This document shows positions 9,745 through 17,997 of a DNA stretch of 64,000 nt, in pieces; the stretch's first letter is position 1; each line of letters opens with the position of its first letter. Where the stretch lies: positions 48,030 to 112,029 of the forward strand of contig JAZDFF010000011.1 in the NCBI GenBank assembly GCA_043808095.1. Reading direction: 5' to 3'. The notes under the pieces are model-generated. The model ran no database searches, was not told the origin of the DNA, and saw nothing but the letters and a program-made list of their open reading frames with translations. Source of the DNA: Candidatus Omnitrophota bacterium (GTDB taxonomy: Bacteria > Omnitrophota > Gorgyraeia > JAZDFF01). The translations under genes were made by a program, and so were the position numbers.

Positions 9745-10311
9745 TTAACCAGAAACGATTGCTTGCCCTGAATCATAAGCCTTTTTTAAAACCTCTGGTT
9801 GTTTTAGTATACTTTCCTTTCCATCAATGCCTGTACAGAAAAGCTCACCCTTATAGTCTGCATCAATTGTAGCAAAGAAATTTTTAACGATCGATTTGGC
9901 ATTTTCAAAGAAATCTTTCCTCTTAGAGCCTTCTACGGAAAAAAAATAACCTTTCTTGCTTTTTTTAAATATATCCTTCCCCAATATATACTTTGCCCTC
10001 CAGATACACTGAAAACGATCTATCATCATTTTTGTCTGGGCAGTTATGCTCCCAAAAAATATAGGGGATGCCAGGACAATAACATCTGCAGCTTCAATTT
10101 TTTTATAGAGAAGCTGCATATCATCTTCTACTATGCAGGTGCCATCATCCCGTAGTTCGTCGCACTCCAAGCAAGGAGAAAATTTAAGTCTGGCTAATTC
10201 TACCTTTTCTGTTTTGGCTCCTTTTTCTTTAGCTGCCTCTAGTACCTTGCTAAGCAAGATATCGGTATTACCGCCTATCCTGGGGCTACCCATTATGCCT
10301 AAAATATTCAT
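9745..10311 (-). CDS. Flavodoxin family / iron-sulfur flavoprotein-like NADPH-dependent FMN reductase
   Basis: GSPRIGGNT, PCLEC...C, ASPIFFGS, MIDR. Confidence 0.85.
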   Translation of the reverse strand: MNILGIMGSPRIGGNTDILLSKVLEAAKEKGAKTEKVELARLKFSPCLECDELRDDGTCIVEDDMQLLYKKIEAADVIVLASPIFFGSITAQTKMMIDRFQCIWRAKYILGKDIFKKSKKGYFFSVEGSKRKDFFENAKSIVKNFFATIDADYKGELFCTGIDGKESILKQPEVLKKAYDSGQAIVSG

Positions 10312-10331
10312 GGCTAAGCGCCTAGTTTATC

Positions 10332-10907
10332 TTAATAATTTTCGCAAAGGAGTTCATAATATGCTTGGGGATGAGCACATGCAGGACATTCTTCGGGAGC
10401 TTCTTTACCCTCATGCACATATCCACAATTGCGGCATTTCCATTTGACAACAGTATCCCTTTTGAACACCTTGCCTTCTTTTAAATTTTTAAGCAGCTTT
10501 CGGTATCTCTTCTCATGCTGCTCTTCTACTTCTGCTATTTCCTTAAATTGAACTGCCACTTCTTCGAAACCTTCTTGACGCGCAACCGCTTCAGCTTCTT
10601 TGTAAAGCTTTGTCCATTCAAGATTTTCTCCGGACGCAGCAGCTCCTAGATTCTGGGCTGTATTTCCAATAACGCCGGCTGGATAACTCGCTACAATTTC
10701 CACCTCCCCACCCTCTAAGAATTTAAAGAATCTCTTAGCATGCTCTTTTTCATTATCAGCAGTCTCTAAGAATATTCCGGCTATCTGCTCGTAACCTGCC
10801 TTTTTTGCCACAGAAGCAAAATAGGTATAGCGATTCCTTGCCTGTGACTCTCCTGCAAAAGAAGCCAATAAATTCTTCTCCGTCTTTGTTCCCTTTATGG
10901 TCTTCAT
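10332..10907 (-). CDS. rbr: Rubrerythrin
   Basis: MKTIKGTKTEKNLLASFAGESQARNRY...EKEHAK...WKCRNCGY...CPACAHP; SD before ATG at 10907 (the ORF-track extension is repeat-derived). Confidence 0.95.
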   Translation of the reverse strand: MKTIKGTKTEKNLLASFAGESQARNRYTYFASVAKKAGYEQIAGIFLETADNEKEHAKRFFKFLEGGEVEIVASYPAGVIGNTAQNLGAAASGENLEWTKLYKEAEAVARQEGFEEVAVQFKEIAEVEEQHEKRYRKLLKNLKEGKVFKRDTVVKWKCRNCGYVHEGKEAPEECPACAHPQAYYELLCENY

Positions 10908-11060
10908 ATCTAACCCTCCCTCAATGAGCCCGCCATTGATGCAGTGGCGGGCGATTTGATCCCGCCCTTTTGGATATATAAAGATTGGGGTTAACAAACC
11001 AAAAGGGCGGGACAAATTCGGACAGCAATTTACGTTCGCTTCGCTTCGTAAATTGCGTCT

Positions 11061-11222
11061 TCATATTATCTTCTCAAACATATCCTTGCTCACACCGCAT
11101 TCAGGACAGACCCAGGTATCCGGCAAATCACTAAAGGCTGTCCCCGCGTTTATGCCATTGTCCGGGTCACCAACCGCAGGGTCATAGATATAACCGCAAA
11201 CTGTGCAACGATATTTTTCCAT
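11061..11222 (-). CDS. Rubredoxin (53 aa; missed by the ORF track)
   Basis: [53 protein letters not shown]; AAGGAG SD. Confidence 0.95.
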   Translation of the reverse strand: MEKYRCTVCGYIYDPAVGDPDNGINAGTAFSDLPDTWVCPECGVSKDMFEKII

Positions 11223-11246
11223 TGCCTTAACTCTCCTTATTTACGC

Positions 11247-11309
11247 CTATCTCTTTTTCTTCTTTGCCTTTTTCTTTGGTTTTTTTACTCCGCAGCCACA
11301 GCATCCCAT
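11247..11309 (-). CDS. Putative 20-aa Cys/Lys-rich micropeptide MGCCGCGVKKPKKKAKKKKR
   Basis: AGGAGGT SD 6 nt upstream; lies in the operon between fprA and rubredoxin. Confidence 0.55.
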   Translation of the reverse strand: MGCCGCGVKKPKKKAKKKKR

Positions 11310-11322
11310 CTCTACACCTCCT

Positions 11323-11637
11323 CAAATGACCCCCTGCTGTTTCGTTTTGTTTCGCTTGCTTCACAAAACGGAACAAAACGACAGGGGGGAATTTGATCCC
11401 GACGTATCGTCGGGGTAAGTGGTTCAACTTCGCTCTGGTTCGACTTTGCTCTGGTTCGACTTTGCTCACCATTCGCCCTGAGCAAGCTCGCCAGAGGCGA
11501 GCGCGTCGAAGGGCTCACCATCCTTCGAATGCATTCGACTACACTCAACATTCGTCCTGAGCTTGTCGAAGGACGAACCATCCTGAGCGCAGTCGAAGGA
11601 TTCGGCCTAATCCCGACGTATCGTCGGGATGGCCTCA
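11323..11637. repeat. Nested REP-like cluster (TTCGAC...CTCA / CTGAGC..GTCGAAGG family) bounded by CCCGACGTATCGTCGGG
   Basis: ATCCCGACGTATCGTCGGG occurs at ~11396 and ~11610; 11447-11521 is a near-identical reverse complement of 31889-31963. Confidence 0.75.
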
Positions 11638-12812
11638 CTTATCTTCTGGGCAAAATCCTTTCCAAATTCATAACAGCGCTTTAGCTCAACATCATCCGGA
11701 ACATATTTAAAGCTTAATCCGGACTGAGCTAATTCTATTCCCGACTCTTTAAAAATATCCTCGATTTCCTTAACAGCACCACCTGACCAGCCGTAAGAAC
11801 CGAAGGCAGCTGCAATTCTTTTCTGCGGACGCAGGCCCTTTAAAAATTCCAGGAACCCGGCAATAGAGGTGAGCATATCATTATCATGTGTCGATGAGCC
11901 GATGACAAAGCCTTTGGCATCCAACATCTCTTTGATTACCTCAGTGCGATCAGACGTGGCGATGTCAAAAAGTTTTACATCCAATCCCGCAGCTATAATG
12001 CCCTCGGCTATGTATCTAGCCATCTTTTCGGTTGCGCCCCACATCGTCTCATAGACAATTACGGCTTTGGGCTTAGTCTCATTCTTTGCCCACGATACAT
12101 ATGCATTTACAATCTTGGCCGGGTCTTTGCGCCAGATAATCCCGTGGCTGGGTGCGATCATCTTAATAGGGATATTCATCTTCTGCACTTCTTCGATCTT
12201 TTTTAAGACCAGGCTGCTTAACGGCCAAAGGATATTACCATAATATTTTGCCGCCTCATCCATCAGCGCAGCAGAATCTACCTCATCGTCAAATCTCTGG
12301 GAGGTAGCAAAATGCTGGCCAAAGGCGTCATTGGGCAAAAGAATCGCGTCTTCAACCAGATAACTAAACATACTATCCGGCCAATGCAACATAGGTGCCT
12401 CAAGAAAGGTTAAAGTCTTCTTACCTAATTTTAATTTGTCTTTGGTCTTTACAACTTGAAAATCCATATCTAAATAATAATGTTTAAATAAACCCTCTTT
12501 GCACTTTGCTGTGCCAAAGACCTTGGCCTTGGGACACAGTTTCAATATTGCCGGAAGCGCGCCTGAATGGTCTATCTCTACGTGGTTGGCAATGATATAG
12601 TCGATTTTTTCAGGTGCAATAATCTGTCTGATTCTTTCAATCATCTCTTCGGCAAAAGGTCCATAGACAGTATCCACCAAGGCAATCTTGTCATCTACTA
12701 TAAGATAGGCATTATAGGTGGTTCCTCTTTTTGTGGTATAGGTATGCCCATGGAAGTTCCTGACGTTCCAATCAATAGCGCCTACTCAATGAACCTGTTT
12801 ATAAATTTCCAT
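11607..12812 (-). pseudogene. fprA: Flavodiiron protein FprA (A-type flavoprotein) with an in-frame TGA at codon 9
   Basis: MEIYKQVH*VGAIDWNVRNFHG...GTTYNAYL...NHVEIDHSG...HWPDSM...NDAFGQH...PSHG plus flavodoxin domain; TGA at 12786-12788 replaces a conserved Trp. Confidence 0.8.
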
Positions 12813-12826
12813 AATTACCCCTTCTT

Positions 12827-13534
12827 TTAATAACCCGCAAAGTTTTCCGTAACAATCTTATCTTGAGATAAAACCAAATCATCAGTAAGAATTTTCTTCA
12901 TGGCCTCGACCATTAAAGGAGGGCCACAGATATAAAATCTTCTTTGATTATAATCCGGGATTTCTTCTTTGATAACCTGACTGTTAATCCGGCCGGTTCT
13001 GCCATGCCATTCGGACCCAGCTTCGGAGAGGATGTGTACAACCTTTAAATTCGGATAATCCTTCTGCATTATAGCAAAATCTTCCTTAAAGGCTATATCT
13101 TTAGTGGTGCGGTTGGCATAGATTAAAACTATATCTGTGCCAATTTTTTTATCCACTACGAACTTTATGATGCTCCTTATAGGGGTTATCCCAATGCCGC
13201 CAGAAAGAAAGGCTATCTTAGGATATTCGCCTACAAAGGTAAATGCGCCAAAGGGGTATTTTATCTTCAAGCTATCAGCGGGCTTTAATTTATCCAATAT
13301 CTTTGAATATTCACTTTCCGTCAGTTTTTTGGTAAACTCAATAAAGCCTTTTTCCGTGGGGGAATTTGATATGGAAAAATAATGGTTTAGTTCTTTTCCG
13401 TTTTCTTTGACGAATGCCTGGAGAAATTGACCGGGCTTAAAATCTATCTCTTCTGAAACTGCGAAGCGAAAGCTCTTTACGTTGTATGTGCGCTCAATCA
13501 CTTCTTTTATTTGTAGTTCTAATTCCTTTGGCAT
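12827..13534 (-). CDS. FAD/NAD(P)-binding oxidoreductase, ferredoxin-NADP reductase family
   Basis: FKPGQF, HYFSISNSP, GGIGITP, YICGPPLM. Confidence 0.85.
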   Translation of the reverse strand: MPKELELQIKEVIERTYNVKSFRFAVSEEIDFKPGQFLQAFVKENGKELNHYFSISNSPTEKGFIEFTKKLTESEYSKILDKLKPADSLKIKYPFGAFTFVGEYPKIAFLSGGIGITPIRSIIKFVVDKKIGTDIVLIYANRTTKDIAFKEDFAIMQKDYPNLKVVHILSEAGSEWHGRTGRINSQVIKEEIPDYNQRRFYICGPPLMVEAMKKILTDDLVLSQDKIVTENFAGY

Positions 13535-13553
13535 AATAGTCCTTTTATCTATT

Positions 13554-14297
13554 TTAATGGAAATATCCTGCTACAAGTTTGCCTAAGAAAAATCCAGTTG
13601 CGCAGGATAAAACACCAATCAACAAAGTTTCTAAACCGCTTAAAAGCCAGTGAATCTTAGTAATTCTAGACTTGATTGTTCCTAAAATAAAAAGGAAGGT
13701 CAAAACCGATATCGCAGAAACAACCAAAGACTCTCTTAAGCCATCAAAGAGAAAAAATGGCAGAATTGCCGGCAACGCTCCAACTAGAAATGAACCCGCA
13801 GAGATAAATCCGATCTCCAAAGGGTTATCAATTAATCCCGGGCTGATACCGATTTCCTCCTGGACCATGAATTTAAGCCAACACTCTTTGTTAGCGGTAA
13901 TACGCCTTACCGCGATTTCCTGTTCGTCTTTTGTAAAACCCATCTCGCCAAAGATTTCTCTTATCTCTTGGGTTTCTTTTTGCGGATCCTCTTCTATTTC
14001 TCTTATTTCCCGCTCAATCTGATTCTCGAAAAAATGCTTCTGGGCTTTTGTAGATATATAAGAACCGAAGAATATTGCCACCGCCCCGGCTACTATCTGG
14101 ATTAAACTAGCTAAAATTATCTTATTCTTTGCAATCAAAGAAACCGAAACACCCGCAATAAAAGAGACCGTTGTAACCAGGCCTGTATCAATGGCATAGA
14201 CCACGTCTCTGATAATCCTTCCCTTGGCGGTATGCCAGTTTTCGCCGTGCCAGTTTTTTAGTCTTTGTTCTAAGGGGCTTCTAATTAGTTGCGCCAT
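13554..14297 (-). CDS. VIT1/CCC1 family iron/manganese transporter
   Basis: IRDVVYAIDTGLVT, GSYISTK, E-rich loop; SD before MAQLIRS at 14297. Confidence 0.85.
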   Translation of the reverse strand: MAQLIRSPLEQRLKNWHGENWHTAKGRIIRDVVYAIDTGLVTTVSFIAGVSVSLIAKNKIILASLIQIVAGAVAIFFGSYISTKAQKHFFENQIEREIREIEEDPQKETQEIREIFGEMGFTKDEQEIAVRRITANKECWLKFMVQEEIGISPGLIDNPLEIGFISAGSFLVGALPAILPFFLFDGLRESLVVSAISVLTFLFILGTIKSRITKIHWLLSGLETLLIGVLSCATGFFLGKLVAGYFH

Positions 14298-14310
14298 AGC
14301 TAACCCCCTC

Positions 14311-14532
14311 CTATATGGCAATAACCTCTTTAACACTTGGCACTTCTTGTTTAATCAATTTCTCAATGCCCATCTTCAGAGTCATTGAACTCATCGGACA
14401 ACAGCCGCAGGCACCGGTAAGTTTTACCTTTACCGTCCCGTCATCTGTTACCTCAACAAGCTGGACATCCCCGCCATCAGCCGCAAGCATGGGCCTGATC
14501 TTATTTAAGGCTGCCTCTACTTTTTCTTTCAT
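14311..14532 (-). CDS. NifU/NfuA-like Fe-S scaffold domain protein
   Basis: IRPMLAADGGDV...GACGCCPMSSMTLKMGIE; SD GGAGG before ATG at 14532. Confidence 0.9.
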   Translation of the reverse strand: MKEKVEAALNKIRPMLAADGGDVQLVEVTDDGTVKVKLTGACGCCPMSSMTLKMGIEKLIKQEVPSVKEVIAI

Positions 14533-14545
14533 GTTTTCCTCCTTC

Positions 14546-14795
14546 AATGAGTAGACAACTTACGGAGTTCGAAGAACGACGTAAGTTGTAGGACGAAGTC
14601 CGTCTGCGAATTCCTGCCTGCCGGCAGGCAGGGAACCCAGCACTTATTTTTGTAACTGGGCTTGGGTTCTAAATTTAACTTTAAATTCGAATTAAACTTC
14701 TTTAATTTTAACCTAGCAAATTTTCAAAAATAAGTGCTGGGTAAATTCGGTCATAAAACTTACGTTTACTTCGTTCCGTAAGTTTTGACCTCATT
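14546..14795. mobile_element. Complete MITE-like element with ~21-bp imperfect TIRs and a nested element with 18-bp perfect IRs
   Basis: Left AATGAGTAGACAACTTACGGA vs right (reverse complement) AATGAGGTCAAAACTTACGGA; nested ACCCAGCACTTATTTTTG at 14635-14652 and its inverse at 14725-14742. Confidence 0.7.
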
Positions 14796-15346
14796 TAAAT
14801 ATGATGCGCTACAAACTCCGCCAAAATGACGATATCTTCGGTGCAAAAAATATCCTTGATGCTTTTATCAAAAAGGATGTTGGCTTCAGGCCCGAATTCC
14901 GCATCGGCCCTATATAAGGTAATCAAAACCGCAACTCCCTCAAAGACATCTAAAACCACGCTAACATCGGCCAGTTGGACTCTCTTAGCAGAAAAACGCT
15001 CGGTTAATTCTAAGAGTCCGTCAATATTTGATCCGTATTTCTTTAATATCGGCTCGATTACCCTTTGTCGAAAAGCGGGATAATAGCCCTGCCCACCTTC
15101 TAATTGTTTAAAAGAAATCCACTCGCCCTGGACCTGGGGTAATCCTTTGAGCTTACGAGCCAGATAATGCAGTATAAGAATACTTAAATAGGTCTTTGCC
15201 GGGATATTGCAGGATAAAGAGAGGGCCTCTCTTTTTTCTAAATCGACGGTGTATTCGTCAGTCAAAAATTTAACCGCATAAATTTTTTCTTCTGCAATCC
15301 CTGCTAAATCTTCCCAGGCACCGGAAAGCGCAACTTCATAAGCCAT
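14795..15346 (-). CDS. DUF3786 domain protein
   Basis: ILILHYL, GEWISFKQLEGG..Y...F, D.EFGPEANILFD. Confidence 0.8.
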   Translation of the reverse strand: MAYEVALSGAWEDLAGIAEEKIYAVKFLTDEYTVDLEKREALSLSCNIPAKTYLSILILHYLARKLKGLPQVQGEWISFKQLEGGQGYYPAFRQRVIEPILKKYGSNIDGLLELTERFSAKRVQLADVSVVLDVFEGVAVLITLYRADAEFGPEANILFDKSIKDIFCTEDIVILAEFVAHHI

Positions 15347-15360
15347 GTTTAGACAATTCT

Positions 15361-15580
15361 TTATTTAGATTTTTCCAGCAGGGTTTTCAGATCTTCCGCG
15401 GGGGAAGTGATTAGTTTTAGATCAAACTTCTCTTTAAGGATATTAAATACATTCGTAGATATAAAGGCCGGAGGCGTAGGACCTACATACATGCCTTTTA
15501 TATTAAGATACAACAAAGTAAGCAATATTGCAACTGCTTTTTGCACCAACCAGAATAGTACCAAACTTAAAAAGCAGGCT
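15361..15580 (-). pseudogene. hcp: C-terminal relic of hybrid-cluster protein (hydroxylamine reductase, Hcp)
   Basis: LSLVLFWLVQKAVAILLTLLYLNIKGMYVGPTPPAFIS matches the Hcp terminus SWYEQKAV..LL.LL.LG.K....GPTLPAF.S; the rest of the ~500-aa gene is absent. Confidence 0.75.
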
Positions 15581-15800
15581 ATTTTAATTGCTTCCATCTA
15601 TCCTCACCAACGCACTCTCGGGCGTATCTGCACCAATCAACACAAGAAGGCAGTCTTTCTCTACAGACCAAATTCTTACATTTCGGGCATTTGATTTTCA
15701 CCTCATCAGAGAAAATCTCTACCCTATATCCGCAATCCGGACATTTGATTATCTCGACTCTAACATTTCTGCTATCCTGACCAGGACATTTGTTAATCAT
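15579..15800 (-). CDS. Small Cys-rich metal-binding protein (KCPGQD family)
   Basis: KCPGQD...CPDC...CPKC...CVDWC...EC. Confidence 0.7.
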   Translation of the reverse strand: MINKCPGQDSRNVRVEIIKCPDCGYRVEIFSDEVKIKCPKCKNLVCRERLPSCVDWCRYARECVGEDRWKQLK

Positions 15801-15888
15801 CTTAATTTTTCTCCAATCTTAATAAACAGCCCTTCGCCAAATTCCGCCTCGGGCTGTTGATCAAGGGCGAAACGTTTTTTGTAAAGCC

Positions 15889-16284
15889 CTATAATAAAGA
15901 CCCTACGCTGATACTTCGCAATTCCCTAACCACATATTTTTCGATTTTATTTATTTTTCTTCTTAAGGCGCAGGTTCTGGTATTAGGGCAAACAATCTTT
16001 TTTAGGAAACACTCGTTTAATTTAAACGGCCCCTGGAATATCTCTAATAAATCCATGATTAAAATTTTGTCGGCTGGGATATTAAGCGAAAACCCACCGC
16101 CTAATCCTTTATACGATTCAAGAACGCCTTTCTTATTTAGTACCTGAAGGATCTTTCTCAAAAACGGATTAGGTATTTTAAGGGCCTTGACTAATTGCCT
16201 GACCGAAACGACTTTATTTTTTGACTTGGCAAGATAGCAAAGAGCCCTGATTGCATAATCGGTATCTCTGGTTATTAATTTCAC
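15889..16284 (-). CDS. Rrf2 family transcriptional regulator with three-Cys Fe-S motif
   Basis: TRDTDYAIRAL, FLRKILQ.L, SYKG.GGGF, C-x5-C-x5-C. Confidence 0.9.
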   Translation of the reverse strand: MKLITRDTDYAIRALCYLAKSKNKVVSVRQLVKALKIPNPFLRKILQVLNKKGVLESYKGLGGGFSLNIPADKILIMDLLEIFQGPFKLNECFLKKIVCPNTRTCALRRKINKIEKYVVRELRSISVGSLL

Positions 16285-16338
16285 CCCGCCCTCCTCAACA
16301 AGATTATAACAATGGGCAGTTTATTGTCGTACCCAGGA

Positions 16339-16404
16339 CTACATACCGCAACCCTCCCTACAATGCGCAATCGGTCGCAGCATATATTTAACGGTTATAT
16401 TCAT
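16339..16404 (-). CDS. Putative 21-aa leader peptide MNITVKYMLRPIAHCREGCGM
   Basis: First ORF after the promoter; GAAAGGA SD. Confidence 0.45.
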   Translation of the reverse strand: MNITVKYMLRPIAHCREGCGM

Positions 16405-16429
16405 ATTATCACGTCCTTTCTTTCATTAA

Positions 16430-16459
16430 AATGATACCACAATAGTATCATTATGTCAA
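16430..16459 (-). promoter_or_regulatory. sigma70 promoter TTGACA-N17-TATCAT overlapped by palindrome AATGATAC-N7-GTATCATT (probable Rrf2 operator)
   Basis: Read directly; upstream of the Rrf2 gene that heads the redox operon. Confidence 0.75.
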
Positions 16460-16464
16460 GTAAA

Positions 16465-16825
16465 ATTTGCCAACTGGCGTTTAAATTTTGCTTGATGCCG
16501 CAAAGGCTTTTGCGGCCAAGGAAAATAATAACTATTGCTTATTTTTGCTTGATGCCGAAAATACTTTTTCGGCCAAGCAAAAACTACCAACTGGCATTTA
16601 AATTTTGTCCCGAATGTAGCCGTTCTTCTGCCGAATGTAGTATCTCTGTGAAGTATTACTTCGGCATCCCGAAGAAATTCTTAAGAAGTTTCTTCATTCG
16701 GGAGAAGTGTCACTTCGGGATCCCGACGAATTGCTAAATAAATTTACTTCATTCGGGGCTTGATGCTCCGCCTAAGGCGGACAGGCCTGCCTGCCGGAGT
16801 TTTAGCGAAGTAGGGCGCAAGGAAA
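16465..16825. repeat. Mosaic of tandem hairpin repeats
   Basis: Two copies of TTTTGCTTGATGCCG-loop-CGGCCAAG, two of CCAACTGGC(G/A)TTTAAATTTTG, two of TCCCGA.GAA...TTCATTCGGG. Confidence 0.6.
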
Positions 16826-16830
16826 GAAAA

Positions 16831-17997
16831 TTATTTAAAAATTATATTGGCTAGATATCCGAGGATTAAAATTTGAGGAACGCTAACAATAGGAAGCCAC
16901 AAGGCAGTGCGTCTGCCTACATTCGTCCAAAGCAGCCCTATCTCAGTGTAATCCGTGGCTACCCCGGCCATTAAAAATACAAAACTGTTTCCCAGGGCCC
17001 TGGTTTGACGATATATCTCAAAGGCCAAAGGCGAAGAACCTTCTGAACATACCTCTATTACAGTAGCCAAAACCAAGGTAACAATTAAACCCAAGAAAGT
17101 CGGGCCCATAAATCTATGAAAGAAATGTACGGGGATAAACGCAGCGGCTATGCTGGCAAAGAGTATACCTAGGACAATCCACCATAAGACCATATTAGAA
17201 AGCATGATTGCACCGCCAATAATGCCTTTAAAATCATTTAGGAGAGTCTTGAATCCGAATCTGTAATTCTGTGCGCGTTGTCTAAAATCTTTTAAAATCG
17301 AAAAATCCTGCGCCACCTCTACTGTATTTTTGTTTTTTTCAATCAGCCCTTTCTTATCCAAAAGCATAAATATGAATCCGGTATTAATAGCCACGATTAT
17401 CGCAGCAATGATAATAAATAAGCCTTTCCAGCCAAAGAAACCAATCAGCATTAAGGTAATGGTAAGGTTTGCCCAGGGACTGGCAAGCAAGAAACTTACC
17501 ACCGCCGGATTTGATGCGCCTTTTTTGTGTAATTGAATAGATAAGGCCAGGATACCATGACTACAGGCACTCATCAAAAAACCCAAAGAGACCGCATTAA
17601 ATATCGTATACGGCGACTTTTTGGCAAGGATTTTAGAGATATATTCCTGAGGTATATAGTAATCAATAAACCCACCCAAAAATAAACCCAAGGCTACTGC
17701 CCACCAAATTGTTTTTAAATACATGAGGAAGGATTTACGGAATGGTTCCAAGAACGGAATAAAAAGCGAGGCTAATAATAAGAGCGCGCAAATGCCTGTA
17801 ACAATAAATAATTTATTCTTAAAAAATGCCTCTGTTTGACCAGGATAACAAACTGCTCTTTCACTTATGCCCTCTTGTTTGATAAACTTATCTTTACAAA
17901 GAGCACTGCAAAAGAAATAGTCTTTGCCGTCCTTAGTCACCTTGATATCTATATCTGTATCTACCTGCATCCCGCAGATAGGGTCTTTTGCTTTCAT
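16831..17997 (-). CDS. YHS domain plus DUF318/ArsP-type permease
   Basis: KDPICGM...YFFCS..CK (YHS); ACSHG, FLLASP, VCSEGS. Confidence 0.85.
   Translation of the reverse strand: MKAKDPICGMQVDTDIDIKVTKDGKDYFFCSALCKDKFIKQEGISERAVCYPGQTEAFFKNKLFIVTGICALLLLASLFIPFLEPFRKSFLMYLKTIWWAVALGLFLGGFIDYYIPQEYISKILAKKSPYTIFNAVSLGFLMSACSHGILALSIQLHKKGASNPAVVSFLLASPWANLTITLMLIGFFGWKGLFIIIAAIIVAINTGFIFMLLDKKGLIEKNKNTVEVAQDFSILKDFRQRAQNYRFGFKTLLNDFKGIIGGAIMLSNMVLWWIVLGILFASIAAAFIPVHFFHRFMGPTFLGLIVTLVLATVIEVCSEGSSPLAFEIYRQTRALGNSFVFLMAGVATDYTEIGLLWTNVGRRTALWLPIVSVPQILILGYLANIIFK

Noticed and set aside
11203-11638. ORFs 11227..11472, 11312..11638 and 11203..11418
   Set aside because: They are translations of REP-like palindromes (PSTSSG/PSTALR-type peptides) or the antisense of real small genes.
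12786-12788. TGA in fprA as selenocysteine or as evidence of genetic code 4/25
   Set aside because: It aligns to Trp, not Cys. TGA terminates several other genes here, and other Trp codons I read are TGG.
15797-15888. Possible gene relic (..KRFALDQQPEAEFGEGLFIKIGEKLR*) between Rrf2 and the Cys-rich gene
   Set aside because: It is too short and too weakly similar to Mrp/ApbC-like C-termini to call.
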